This document shows positions 1 through 14,267 of a stretch of DNA of 64,000 bases, piece by piece; the stretch's first letter is position 1; every line of letters begins with the position of its first letter. Below the pieces are notes generated by a model that was not told where the DNA came from, ran no database searches, and was given only the letters and a program-made list of their open reading frames with translations. The DNA is from Raillietiella orientalis (Eukaryota). The position numbers and the translations under genes are program-made. Location of the stretch: the NCBI GenBank assembly GCA_036172245.1, contig JAYWIR010000052.1, positions 620,001-684,000 of the forward strand. The letters are read 5' to 3'.

Positions 1-1050
1 AAATGTGCCGATTCTTCGCGTCAGCTTCGGCTTCTACGAGGCGGTTTGCTCTTCCGTGCCTGTTGACGATTCGTCCAGCGTCCGCTTTCCGCTTCTTCCC
101 TTCCGATCTTTCCGGTACGCCCCAGCGTTTTTCAAAAACGGAAATATCCCGCAGCAGATCCGTCGGTTTCCAGAATCGCTGGAGATGCGCGAAATTGGGT
201 TTCGCCGCTCCCCGAACGCGAGAAGCGTTGGCGTGGCCTGCGGGAAACTTTTGCCGAGGATGCCCGTAGGCAACTCCGGCAGGCTGCGCATGACGATCCA
301 GGGATCCTGTGCACAGTTCACCACCGTGCACCTCCTCGTGTCGTTCCTGCAGGCACTTCGCTGGGGTGACTCGTTCAGCTCGATGGCGGGGCACTACGTG
401 TGGGCCTCGTTCGTGAGCGCCTTCGTTGCCTGCTGCCCTTCTGGGTTCTCCAGGTGTGTCTGTGGTTTACCTTGGGGGTCTTGCCAGAGGAGGGGATTCG
501 TTTCCTCTCGTGCATCGCTCTCAGCCGGGGGGGGGGGGGGGGAGGAATCTCATCGGCGTTGTCGAGACATCCACGTCAGTTCATTTCTAGTCTTGAGCGA
601 AGCGACGAATGTCTAGGTGAAAGCGGGTGGGGGCTCCTCAAGAGTGGGAATGACACTCCGGTCAGCATGGGTATTTATTTATAAGTTGCAACATGAGTTA
701 CCCCCTTTCGTCTTGTCTGTCGTTTTGTTTAAGAAAAGCAGGAAGAAGAAGAAAAAATCAACCGTGTGGATCCTGACACGGTCATCCTTAGACTTCTCGG
801 TAGGATTCCTCACCAACGAGAGCTGCTGTTGGCCTCTCTTGCAAGTTCATGCCGCCAGTGGATCTGATGGGGTCATGGTTCTCGTGAAAGACCGCGCCGC
901 TGTTGTTCAGGACACGATCAGCAGCGAGTTTGCGTCTGGATGTGCACCAGGTGTCCTCGGAAATGTTGCCCCGTCTCTGACTTCTCCGAACCGTGTTCCA
1001 TGTCGACGGTACTCATCTCCCGATTAAAGGGCGTCTGCGGTTCCAGCGAT
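1..1050 (-). mobile_element. Highly decayed non-LTR retrotransposon fragment (endonuclease region), tentative
   Basis: Minus-strand translation gives LEPQTPFNREMSTVD (near 1000-1045), resembling LEPEQRLNAQLITSPD of the endonuclease fragment near 13590. It also gives an HTWR-like motif near 445-460. The region has many stops and frameshifts. Confidence 0.35.
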
Positions 1051-4000
1051 TCACTCATAAAGAAGCATGGATGATCATTTAAGATGGCTCGTCGAAGTTA
1101 ACTGTTGGTTTTACGGCAGCCAATTTGTATATGTCAGTACGACAACCTCTGCCTTCCTTTTAAAGGCATGAGCGTGGTTACGCAAACATGGAAAAGCCCG
1201 TGCTCAGCGAAGCCTGTGCAATCTCTTAATGGCACTAATGATGACACAAGAAGAAAAAAACGCTTTGGTTACCCTTCATCTTTCAAGCTCTCGGCTGCTT
1301 GCGAAAAAAATGACAAATGAAAGTGCCTCGCAGGATGTCAGTACCAACTCTGCTGCTTGCGAAACGGCGATGGAGGCGAATGCTGGTGCTTGCAGACTGT
1401 GAAATAAATTTCAGGAATTGCAATTCTGTTCATCGTATCCCATATTTGTGGCTGTCTTCACCATTCCCTTGCAGTCTCGCGGCATAACAGGCATTCCACG
1501 TGAAGGATCATGTATCTTTCATCATGCTTCCTCATCACTATTCGGAATTTTTTTTTTTTTTTAAAAAAATGTGATCTTCTGCTGTAGTTCTATGGGATCC
1601 CATAGTAAATGCAAAGAAGTCTCGACTGGGGTTTCAATAGGGAAGGACATATTTCAAAGGCTTTAATAATCCTAATCCATTAGTGCACTTTATGTACTGT
1701 AGAACCACTGAGCAAGGGTGTTTCGTAAAGCTGCAGCGTTTTCGACACTCCTGGTCACTCAAACGACTCGTGATTTTATTTCATACGCAAGTGCACACCA
1801 ACTCTACCAGCATGTTGTCAGCAAGCACGTGGAGCAGCTGAAGGAGGAATGAAGGAAAAAAGGCGCATGCAAACTCTCGCATGAAAAAGATGCCTTCGTG
1901 CACTTTAGAACACGAAACACAACAGGTGTGGTAGGATCATCACCATCATCCTCTGTTACAATGTGGGTTCCAAGGCACTTACTACTCTGAGTACTGAGCG
2001 GTTAATACATGCGTTGAAAACAGACACACTGTGCCCAGAAACTTACGGCCAAAAGAATCGCCAAGCAATAAATCATGGTCCATCATGCCTTGATTGGCGA
2101 TAAGTTCTGTTTAAACAGCTAGACAGATCAGTGTGGCCTGTGAAATGGAATGATTTCTCTTCTCGGCGGTTTTTTGATTTCCGCAGTAATGAATGAGGAT
2201 GGTGAACGCTCGTGGTCCATAATGACAGTGGATTTCCATCGTTTCAGATTATGGGTTGAGATCCTTCACTCTGGCGCAGACCATTACGTCCGCAAAAAAT
2301 TCTTTCAAGGCTAAGGGAGATGGCTGAGAGATGAGAGTACACCCGTGGTATTTGCATGGAGCTATTTGAACTCTGTTGGCGAATCATCGTGAAAACACAA
2401 AGCCTGTGATGCGAGTAGGCATTCACCATTCCCTCAACGGCTGTTCAGCATTAGCCATTTTCATGGTTCGGGAACTTCCTGCAGAATGTAGCAATTTTTG
2501 ATTGACGAGAAGCAGACGCTTTGCCTTCCCGCCAAGAACATCAGCTGTGAATGCTTTGAATCCAGAAAGCAGTTGCATCACGGAAGATGCATCAGTTCCA
2601 GCAGACCATACGAAACTTCCGATGCAAAAGTTGGAGAAATTCCACTTTTCTATGTACGGTTCGAATTAAATCACCACCAAAGAGCACTCGGACGTTGGCG
2701 ATGGCTTTCCTGCTGCAGGCATTTCAAATGTATGCATTGCTAAGGATTTTTCTTCGGATACGTTTCCAAATGAAATTGAGACTCAAGGATTCCTTCTCTC
2801 TTTTTTTTCCCTTTCCTAGTCGCTGCCGTAGCATCAGCTTATCCAAGTCGTGTTCAAACACCTTTCCAGCAGGTTGTTTCAATGAGATAAACCTCAGTGG
2901 TTAATGTTTAACTTTCTCAACACATCTGACGACCGTTCCAGAATGAAACGAATGCAAATCATAAATAGCCTCTTCCCATCCATACTTACTAATTCATAGA
3001 ATTTTCATGTGGTTTCTGTGAAAAGTATTGAAAAAAGCCGAGTGGGATACTGTTTGGCATTTCCGTATATGCACTTCAATAATATTCGTGTAGGAGTACA
3101 TATAAAATTCTATATTTATTTCGTAACCCTGACGAAAAGAATGAACGTTTATCAACCTTTTTTAATGTATTCTTCAGAGCACTTTTTGTACTCTCTTGGC
3201 ATGTGAATTTTTAGCTGTTTGAAAAAAAAGGGAGAGAAAAAAAAAAATGCATGTATTACACAGTCATAGTAAGCATACCATTACTATAGTGCCATCATTG
3301 ATTCAACGCTATGACCCTTTTGTGTCCTTTTTGTTACAATTGCAATTGCTTTGGTTTAGTGCACATTTAGCTTTCAAACACTTATATACTATTCTTCTAA
3401 ATCAACACAAACATTAATTCCTATTTTGTTGATATGCGGTTTCAAATGTTCAGAATTTATGTAGAAACGTTGAGAAAACCTTTCCAGCAACTCTACAATT
3501 ACTATGGCATGAAAAGAATCGCAACCTTATTTCTTGGGTCAGTTTGCAAAAATCACTTTACTCTTTTTTTACATTTTTATTTTAGCGATGTTGCACTCCC
3601 TTGATAAGCAGTTTTCCTGTTTGTGTTTACGAATGCTTCGGGACCATCAATTGGAGCATCGATTATCCAATTCCACCTTAGCTGCTTTTTGCAGCTGTGC
3701 CTTCCATTCTCAAAATGCATTTTCTGGAAGCTCCTTCGTTAGAAGTCGATTTTCGCAACTTCTGCTCGGATTTTGCTCATTTTCTTTCTACCCAATTCCA
3801 AAGCGTTCAAAAAAGGAAAGAAGAAAAATCGTCTGGAGGATGATTTTTCGTTAACGTGAGGACAGCGTCTTTCGAAACCTTGTCTCCATGGATGCTGAGA
3901 TCCTCTGTTCCGTTTTTTTTCTGCTCCTTCAGCATTACATGGTCATCTTGAAAAATACGCTGTGCAAATGTTATAAATATGAATGTATGAATTTTTTTTC

Positions 4001-5063
4001 CGTTAAAATTGTCTTTATTTATCAAGTTCAGTGCAGGTATTCTCTTTTTACATTTAAAGACGCAAAAATTGTAGATCATGTCATATGTGAGATCTCCCAT
4101 GTACTCAGCAAGCCGTTCACTTGAAATCTTGAATCTTAGAAAGGAATCCAACCTAAAGTATTAGAAAAGAAGAATATAAATAATAAAATGCATGTTATAC
4201 AAACTTGAGAATAATCGGTAGGATGCCCTCTATTCCATTGATCGAAATCGTTTTGTTTTTTTTCCTATGAATTTATATTTGTCCAGCTCAGTTGTGAAAA
4301 AGTCACAAACTATAAAAATTGAGGAATGTAATGATGCAAAAGCATCACAGTATTTTGAAGTGTATTCATATTGTAGGATGAAATATTAATAATTCACGTA
4401 TTAGCTAACGTGCAATATCCTTATTAGCCTTCCTCGTGCACTATAAACACCCTCTTGAGTGATAAGGACAAATCAAATATTTATGATGACTCGTCAGGTC
4501 AGATAACTCCATGAATGGTAATGGAGAGGAGCTTCAGTGTACCATCAACGTGGGGATCGGTTTTGTGATGCTCTCACCTCGAAGCGCTCTCTTCGAAACG
4601 AAACTCCAAACGAATTCTTCGAGGATTCAGCATTTTCGGAAGCGTTGATTCCTGCAAAAAGGCAACGCAGTGGTTGAATCCACCCAGGCAGTTTCCTTTC
4701 TTTTCTTTTTTTTTTTTCCTTTTTTTTTTTCCCCCCCCACATCTTGTCCGAGAAGTGTGGTGGCAAAGTGCCGAGCGATCCAGAAATCAGCGGCGGGCCG
4801 TGTGCTGGTCTGGCACTTGTGGCAACCGTGTTCACAGCAGTGTGGACATGGAGATTACGTGTTCGTGTTCGTCTCGTGTGCCGAGTGCATCCCAACGTGC
4901 CCAAACATGTCTGCCCGTCTTTTTCGATTTACAAACCTATGCCCGGCTTACGTTTTCAAGATTTCGGTCGGACTTGCAACGATTCTGAATTCTCGTCGAG
5001 CCCGGACTCGTTTCGTGTCGTTCCAAGATCCAAAGTCCCAGTAGCGTTTCTCCGGTTTGTGAA

Positions 5064-8000
5064 ATGGAAAAGGAAAAGGTCAGCGAAAATTATTGTGAAA
5101 CAATCGCCCTATCAACCATAGGCGTGAATCATGGGAATGACCAACTGTCGGTCATGAAGCAGGTACCCAAATATCAGAGTCATCATCGGAGTGTGAGTGT
5201 GGATCAGATGCAGATGCAGTATACTTCCATACTGTCCAGCAACAAAGAAAACTTGCCGACTTCCTACTCGAGGCAGAAACATTTCCGGACCTTGTCACAC
5301 GGGCAAGCCACGTCGAATTACCCAAAGCTAACTGCTAGGACAGATTTTGTCCTTCCCCCAAATTATATAGAAAAGACTCATCAGAGAGAAAATTATCATT
5401 CTGGTGCATTCATCAAAGGACATAAGAGGGAAGAATCACGAACGGACTCGATATTTACTTTGCGGCAGACGAAAGCTGCAAAAACGTTCTGGGATAAAAT
5501 GTGTTTCTGGAAAACAACCAACCATGGAGATTCCGTACGATTAAGAACCGTGATTCCAAATCATTTGTTTCATAACAGTGTGCCTTGGCATCAGAACCCA
5601 AACAGGAATTTTGCTGTCAACAAAATCCAAACCACGAAATATACATTGTTGTCATTTTTACCAAAAAACCTATTTGAACAGTTTCACAGATTCGGGAATT
5701 TGTATTTTCTTTTTATTGTCTTACTGAACTGGGTACCACAAATCAATGCCTTTGGAAAAGAAATTGCAATGATTCCTGTGTTATTTGTACTTGGAGTTAC
5801 AGCAATAAAAGACGGCTTTGAAGATCGTAGACGTTATTGCAGTGATAAAAGAATTAATAACTGTGACTGCCGACTGTATGACAGGTAAACCATATTCCAT
5901 ATTTGTGTTGATCTGCCTGACATCATCGTGCCTGTGAATGTATGTATTTCTGCACAGAAACATACATAACATCATGATAAGTATGTATTTAATGTAAATA
6001 AGAACATTGCTGCGGTTATGAGAATGTTGTGTGATTGCATTTAAATTCCTTGAGAACCAAAGATGGTTTTGTGTGCTTAGAAATAAATGCAGTGGAACAT
6101 TCTTGAAAATCTAGTAAATTTCGTTGTGTTTCATTCTATTGCCCAGTGTGTAATTCTAGGAATGAAACTAGGATCTTAAGAATTAAAGGAAATTTATGTG
6201 ATCCGGCATTTGTTTGGATTGCATGTAAGATGGTAGGTTATTGTAAATTATCAGAAAATGTTTCGCTATAGAAATGTGGGTGAGGTATTCAAGGAGAAAA
6301 CAAATTTTTTTCCTGCGTGCAAAAATGTCTTTTAGAAACTTCGGTAACGTCCTCATTGTTGTTGTCACACTGGTGAGTGATATTGGACAATCATAAAAAG
6401 CGTTAAGCTTCTTCTAAACCAAAAATGCATAAAATTTAATTGCAGGCTATTGTAGATTATTTATTGCGTACCGTTATTCATAAATAATCTTGTGTATAGA
6501 AGTTTGCTTTATTGATACTTTAGTAGAACTATAACACAGTTTATATTTCAAAAACTAGTTGATACTGAATCTTATTATTTGTGAGTGAAACATATTTTTT
6601 AAAAATTGAATGCTCAGAGAGGATTTTATCACAAATCCTTCGCCTTGAAGGTAAGCAAATTAGATTATTAAGCATAAAGTACCAAAGCAAGGAAAGGAAT
6701 GTAAAAAAAGCTTGGACTCACCAAAAATCAATTCATCACTTCAAACTTGAAGCTCATATCAGTTGTAATAATCAAGATACTCATCATTGCTTTTTCCATG
6801 ACCATTTTTTTCCAAATGGTTTGATTTTTTTTGTTTTTCTCTGGATGGTGTAAATATGTGTATGTGTTATAAAATTGTCGAAATTAGCTGATATAGGTAA
6901 ACTAAATGTATGATTTCAGACTGCGTATTTCAGATATTTCAGAGATGAGAAACCACTGAATTCACTAAATAATAAATAGTATTTTAGCAAACTTTGTAAA
7001 ATAAAATAAAATATCAAAATCACTTGTTGTTTGGAGTACGTTTTGTGTGCAAGCTCTGGGATATTATAAAAAGACATTGTGATAGACCGAAGCATATTAG
7101 TTAGATATTTTATAAGTACTTTTTAACAATCAAAGTGCCTATAAAAAATCACTGCTTCTTCACCACTATTTTCTTCAGTTTTCCAGCAATCACACATGTG
7201 GTTATTCATGAAATTCCAAATTATCTGAAAAAGTCAGCCATTGTTTCAAATGATTCCCTACATTAACAGGGAGAAGGGGGCAAAAGCTTATGAATCTTGT
7301 GTATTTCAGAAACTTGGATTGTTATCGCAAAGTACGATGGAAAGATCTAAAAGTTGGAGATATTGTGCATTTATCTTGTGATGAAATTATCCCAGCTGAT
7401 ATGCTGTTATTGAAATCAAGTAATGAGTGTGGATTGGCGTACATTGAAACAAGAAACCTAGATGGCGAAAATAATTTGAAACAGAGGCAGATTGTCAGAG
7501 GCCTGGAGCATTATAATGATAGCGTTTTTCCGAAACAGTTTCAAGCAACAGTTGAATGTGATACACCAACAACAAAAATATATCGATTTCAAGGTACCAT
7601 GATGTTTCCTAGTGGAGAACAAGTCCCAGTTGGAATTGAAAATCTGCTATTACGTGATTGCTCCTTGAAAAATACTGATTTCGTTGAAGGATTGGTTATA
7701 TATGCTGGTAAAGTATTTGAATTTGAAGTCTTGCTTTTGTAATATATTTGTTTTGGTTCGAAAAGTATGCCCAATCCAAATGTTGCAAATTTATTGTAGG
7801 TCATGAGACAAAGGCCATGCTTAACAATAGAGGTCCTCGATATAAACACTCCAGATTGGAGAAAAAAGTCAACACAGATGTGATATGGTGTGTGGTTTTG
7901 CTTATTATCCTCTGCTTTATAGGAGCAACAAGTTCGGGACTATGGTTGTCATCTTATAAAAATTTATGTTTGGTCCCTTTTATTTTATTTCCAGAAATTT

Positions 8001-11000
8001 GTTTTTATGAAACATCTTATTCTTCTTTTTTAACATTTTGGACGTTTGTAATTATTTTGCAAGTAATAGTATAAATACTGTTTGTTTCATTTTTCTCATT
8101 TGTGTGTTTTACAGATTCTTATACCAATTTCAATGTATGTGACCATTGAGATTGTCAAATTGGGTCAAGTTTATCATATTCAGAATGACTTGCAATTATA
8201 TGATCATGCGTCAAATAAGAGAATGGAATGTCGTGCTTTGAATATTTCAGAAGAGCTCGGACAGGTAGGAAGATCCCCAAGAATATTAGAAAATATTTCT
8301 GGGAAGGAAATGGTTTTGATGATTGTAGTTATTTGTACTAGCTTGATTTTTGTTGTTGTTGTGATTTTATGTCACTGCTTTGTTGCCATGGTTTGGGCGT
8401 TATGGGTATCATTTTGCTACTGTGCATTATCTTGATTATTTTAGGTTCACTTCGTTTTCTCGGACAAAACAGGAACATTAACTGAAAACAAGATGATGTT
8501 TCAAAAATGCTCCATCTTCGGGAAGGATTATTCTCATCACATCTGTCAGGATAAGGTGAAAAGGGTCAATTATCTTTACGTTTTACTATGAATAGAATTA
8601 GGATACTATGGAGATTGGATTTGAGCCAAATCTTCAACTGCAGCAAAAAATTGCTGAACTTGATGACCCTTTTTTTAAAACTGAAACACAGTGCACAACA
8701 ATAAATTACTCTCAAAAGATTGTTGACTTTTTTCTTGTCCTTGCCATTTGTAATACTGTGATTGTAAGCAAAGAACTGCATCAGGATAAGGTAATTTTGA
8801 TAGTGTTTGCAATAAAATTGTTCCAATTAATGTTTAGATAGATGCAAATGGCCTCTATGTGAATACAGAAAGCAAGTGTCAGTTGTGCAAGAGTAACCCA
8901 CCATCAAGTGAAATATCTATTTCAAGTGCACCTGTCGTACAAAATTGTGCTTCCAGCTTTCATTCTCTCACATATTCATTACCTCATCGTCATGAGCAGG
9001 AATCTTACTGTGATAATGACAATGCGAATTGCCTGCTATGCAGGCAATCCCTTCCTGATATGCTTACCTCCACAGCTGACTCTCCTGCTCAGCATAATAC
9101 TTGCAGTGTTACTTTAGAAGTACCTTCCATGCATCATAATCTGTGCTTTTGCAGTGCCAAAGTGGGTACTGAATGCAAACCAATTTATGAAGCTGAAAGT
9201 CCTGATGAACTGGCACTTGTGGAGGTCGCTTTTAAATATAACTGCAAACTGCTGCAACGCAGTTCTGCTAGAATGCTAGTTTCTGTACCTGGTAGCGGAC
9301 TTCTGCAACTGCAGTTGTTACATATCCTTCCTTTTGATTCTTATCGTAAATGTATGTCCGTGATTGTCCGACATCCGCACACAGGGAATATCATTCTTTA
9401 CTTGAAAGGAGCTGATACAACCGTATTTTCTTTGCTTGCTCCTTGTTATGTATTGGGTAAGTGCAGCAAATGCTCCTTCATAAAAGTTGCGTTAAACTTG
9501 TTTAGAAGCTCAGCGTGCAGTATGGCTGACCCAACAGCATACCAATGCATATGCTAAAAAAGGTCTGCGTGTTTTGTGTATGGCCAAACGTAATCTCAGT
9601 GAAGAGCAGTATAACAGGTGGTTTGCAAACCATCAAAAGGCTGAGCAATACGCAGTTGATAGAGAACGAGTATTGAGAGAGTCTTATCGAAGTGTTGAGC
9701 GAGACTTAGAATTCCTTGGTATTAAATAGTAATAGCATGTAAATGTATTTTAGATTTAATTATATTGTAGGAGCAACTGGTATAGAAGATCGACTGCAAG
9801 AAGGCGTTCCTGAAACTCTAGAAATGCTTCAGAAAGCAGGCATGATAATTTGGATTTTGACAGGTGATAAGCAAGAAACAGCCATCAACATTGCTTTTGC
9901 TTGTAAATTGTTTCATGATAACATGGCGCTACTAACTGTCAATGCTCGTAGTCGAAGCTCGGCGGAATCCATCTTAAAATTGCATTTGGAAAAAGTAAGA
10001 GTACAGATTTTGCTTCCATGGAATTGACGATTTGCCTCAGATTGCCCAGAGAACAGTGAATACAAACACAGGTCTTGTCATAGATGGCAGGAGTTTGATG
10101 TAAGTGACTTGCAAGAAGATGGTGGTTAACTCGGAATTTATCTTGAAGTTATATTTTAGATGTGCGTGCTGGCCTGCACAAGTTATTTCTGAATCTATGT
10201 CAACATTGCCATGCTGTTTTATGTTGTCGCACAACTCCTTTGCAGAAGGCCTTCATTGTCAAAATTGTTAAGGATGAACTAGGAGTTCAGACACTTGCCA
10301 TTGGTATTAACATGCAGTTGTGAAGTAAAGGTATTGATTGTAATTTCAGGAGATGGAGCCAATGATGTTTCTATGATTCAGACAGCCGATGTTGGCATAG
10401 GAATTTCTGGATTTGAAGGAAGACAGGCTGTCATGTCATCAGATTTTGCCATCGCCCGATTTAAATTCCTGCAGAGATTACTTCTGGTTCAAGGACATTG
10501 GTGTTATGATCGATTGGCCCGCATGATTTTGTATTTCTTTTACAAAAATGCTGTGAGAGCATCTTTCCCTAGAGCATTTTCACACTGTAATGGTTTTCTG
10601 GTTTTTGCAGACGTTCGTCTTTGTATTATTTTGGTTCCAGTTATATTGTGGTTTTTCCGGTTCAGTAATGATAGATCAAGTATATCTGATGATGTTCAAT
10701 CTTCTGTTTACATCTTTACCACCAATTACCTTGGGAATTTACGACCAACATGCTCCTGCATCATTGTTGTTAACTTTTCCCAAATTGTATCAGCATGGAC
10801 AAAATTTTAGAGCCTACCGGTATAACTCCTTCTGGATTAGTCTAGCGGATGCTATGTATCAGAGTGTGGCGATTTTTTTTGTTGCCGTCTACGTAAGTGT
10901 TTAAGCTGGGGTCACAGAGAATGCAATTGGGGTAAATGTTTAGGCATACAAGGATAGCACCGTAGATTTTGCCAGCTTGGGCACAACAGTCATGACCTCA

Positions 11001-11461
11001 TGCATTGTGGTAATGTTGCTGTACATTACAATGGAAACCCGGTCATGGGTAAGCTGGATGTGAATAGCCACGGTGTTTATTCTGCTTTGCAGACTTTCAT
11101 CCACTTGGTATCAGTGATCTTATCATTCACCATTTTCTTCAGTTTTGCCCTTGTGTACAATTCCATATCTGAGACTTGGCCAGACTTGTCATCATCCTAC
11201 TATGTTATGCAGTGCTGCATGGCAACTCCTAGTTTTTGGCTAATTTTGGTCTTATCAGCCATTATAGCACTGTTACCACGTTTTTTGGTACGGTGTTTCA
11301 AAATGGCATTTTTTCCTGGTGTAATTACACAAACTCTTTTGGATTTTCGTGCAGTTGTGAAAAACAGTAATTGGTTAATTGGTTGGTCACGCAGCACCAG
11401 TAGTTCATCAATGTTTCCCGTAAAAGACAATTTACCACAGCATAAACAGGATGATAGGTAA
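5064..11461 (+). CDS. ATP10-like: Phospholipid-transporting P4-ATPase (flippase), ATP10/class-5-like; 15 exons
   Basis: Exons: 5064-5884, 7310-7707, 7800-8062, 8115-8264, 8445-8555, 8602-8790, 8838-9456, 9506-9718, 9771-9994, 10041-10099, 10149-10303, 10350-10552, 10611-10892, 10944-11048, 11093-11461. All introns are GT-AG and the frame is continuous. Motifs: [89 protein letters not shown]. The last codons (GATAG/GTAA) could instead be a splice donor, so the C-terminus may extend further. Confidence 0.95.
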
Positions 11462-13130
11462 CACTCTAGAATTCCCATTGCAATATGGCGTATTTTGTGA
11501 TATCCCGTGTAACCTCTTTGGGAGTTGCCTTTAACGAATTCAAGTCAAAATACAGGCACTTAAGAAAATGTGAATAGCGATTTTTTAAGATGATAATTAT
11601 ATTTTAACTTTTTTGATATGCTTATGATTATTGAATTCTGGAAGTAGACCCTTTTCTCTCCAATTTTAAGATTTGCAGGGATGTTATCGCCACCATTTCT
11701 GTGGAAACCCATTTATTAACGAGCAATTGCTTGGTTTTCTTTTGCAGTATCTCTCAGAGGGAGCTACCACCCACGTTTTTCTAGCCACTTGAAAGCTACA
11801 CGTTTGTTTTTGTTTGGAGAGTTGAGCATGAATTACAAAGCCCTTAGTAGGAGGACTCGTTAAACCTCTAGCAGAAGAGTTGTGTGCAAATTATATACAG
11901 AGAAGGTCTTCAAGTTCAGTGTTCAGTGTTGATCCGTCCATACCTTCTTATGCCTTTGAGTCAAAGTTACAGCCATTTAGTTATCCGAGCAGTTCATGTT
12001 GCCAAGGATTTTTGAAATAAATAAATTGTCGTTTCGTTGACCATTTAAATGAAGAGTTGTGTTATTTATGGGTATCTTACAAATCTAACCGCCTTTGAAG
12101 CGACTCCAAGAGTCGGCAAGTCGCGATGGGTATCGAGGAACGAATGCTCCCATTGCCTTTGTATTTGTGCCTTGTCCACACCCTCGTCTCAGAATGCAAA
12201 ATCATTTTACATTCCCTGGAAGACTGCTGAAGAGTTGGATAGCAACACTTCCAAACCCTGAAATGCCACTCTTCGTGCACAACGGAAGAGTTGGAGTTGG
12301 GGTTCTCGACTGACCACGCCACGTGTTCAAAGCGTGTTGCGTGACACAGGGTCAGTGCCGTTACCCTGGGAACACTTCTCCGTGCCGTGTCCGAGGCCGT
12401 CGCCCCGCCGTCGAGAGTTCGTGCAGTGCCTCCCTTTGGTCAAATCCATCACTTTCAAAGTTTTGCAGCTCCCCCGGGCATGCCCGCAACTTTCATTGCT
12501 TTGCATGCGTTCCTTCAGATCTTCTGCAGCGGTTCGCATTCGGAATGCCAGCTGATTTCAGATTTCGAATTTTTTATTGAGCTTTATTCTTTTATTGAGC
12601 TGTCGGTGATGAAGCTGGTTGCAAGAGAGCCGGCACGCGCTCAGAGCTGGGCTCACGCTGCAAGCAACGGCTGCGGTGGCAAAGAGTGGTTCTGCGGCTG
12701 ACTGGCTGGAATTGCTGTGGCCGAACCGGTGGCCGTCCCGACCGCCGGTCGGGTAAAAGAAATGAGGATGCGTACAAGAGCACCATTCGGCGAGCGACTC
12801 ATGATGAGGATGTACTGTTCCGGGTGTACAGCACACGTCACTCGTGCTTCACTCGCATGACAGGAAGGAGATTCCAGGCTTTTTGCGACATGAAATTTGC
12901 GAAATTGAATTTTATTTGAGTCACTCATTTACTCATTAATGCATAAAATGATTGCTTGGTCAGTCTGTACATTCTTAATCATCTATAGTTGCATACTGCA
13001 CGATTTCAGGAGAAGAGAATTCCACGAAACGGCAACCCGTCATGTCCAGGGGTTTTAATTCGAAACTGTCAGAGTGAAATAATCCAAACAGTACAAAGGT
13101 TGTTCGCAGAAACGTTTTTTTTTTTTTTCT

Positions 13131-13131
<1 letters not shown>

Positions 13132-13172
<41 letters not shown>
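13132..13172. repeat. (AG)n microsatellite preceded by a poly-T tract
   Basis: About 20 perfect AG units follow a T run. Confidence 0.95.
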
Positions 13173-13174
<2 letters not shown>

Positions 13175-13459
13175 CAGATACCTTTGAAAATTCACTTTCG
13201 AAAAATGAAACCGGAAAACTCGGAATTTTAAAGCGTGAAATGACTTCCTTCACACGGACAACAAATGAAGTGCAATCATCAGCTGCACAGATCTCATCCA
13301 TAATCGTCACATCATCCACAACCGCATCGGATCTCAAACCTAGGCGAAGGTACCAACCTCTACGTCGAATCCGAGAGCGACTCCAGAGAGAGGCGATGAG
13401 CGTAGAGGAGGCAGACAACCTGAACCGAAGAAGAAGTACCTTCCCGCCGTCCACCAGGA

Positions 13460-14200
13460 GCCTGTTAGTTCCGCGTGCCACTGGGAGCATCCCGCGGAAC
13501 CGGGAGATGAGGCTAAGGATCACGCGTACCCCCGAGCGAGAAACTGCCGTGTGCCTGCAAGAGGAGACCCACAAGATGGACCGCCAGGCCAGCCTCGAAC
13601 CCGAGCAACGACTGAACGCCCAGCTAATCACGAGCCCGGACGAGACGAACACGATGAAGAAAGCGGCGATCCTCGTGAAGAACAAGATTGTCCACACCGT
13701 CTTGGAGTTCTTTTCCCCGCGGCTACATCGTTGGAGCTCGGGTGTCCTGGTTCCGGAAACGCCCATCTGTTCCTGGTTGACCGTGTGCGGACCGCACCAT
13801 CGAATGCGCGGAAGCCGTGCAGACTCCGCTGCGCAGCAAAACCGCGTCCGCTATCGTGGGAGAACATGTTGGACATCATCATCCAGACCAAAGATGGCCG
13901 AGGGAGGAAGGAGTATCGACAGCTGTCCGAGGAATTCGGACGAACAGCCAGGAAATTGGCGACCGCGTCCAGGGATTTCGAGGCGCACGGACTTGCGGTC
14001 CACGGACCATCCCTGGCATGGTTCTAATTGAACGCCGAGAATCCTTGCGAGACGGAGCACACGTGGGCAGCGCCGGCACGCCCACTTCCCTATCACCAGC
14101 AGCTCGTCGAGACGATCCTGCGCGATGGCCACCATCCACAGAGTCGATGACTGGAGGAGGCTGAAGCGCATCATCCACATGTTCCGCAGCATGCAGCTTG
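13460..14200 (+). mobile_element. Decayed LINE ORF2 pieces: apurinic-like endonuclease N-terminus joined to a downstream ORF2 segment
   Basis: VCLQEETH, AAILVKNKIVH and TVCGP resemble endonuclease motifs (CLQETH, GVAILV, NVYGP). DNA at 13661-13720 matches about 51730-51790, and 13820-13960 matches about 43440-43550. Confidence 0.6.
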
Positions 14201-14267
14201 GATGCAAGAAGCTGAGTCAGTAAACGCACCGGGGGCCGAACGCCCAAGACCGCTCCTTGTCGAAGTA

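Noticed and set aside
1950..2460. Possible Tc1-like transposase relic on the minus strand (RWKSTVIMDHE, QGMMDH)
   Set aside because: The resemblance is too weak, with no DDE triad or terminal repeats recognisable. It would need an HMM search.
13240..14031. 263-aa ORF as an intact gene
   Set aside because: Only the middle part has endonuclease-like motifs, and homology to other fragments shifts frame. It is a transposon relic.
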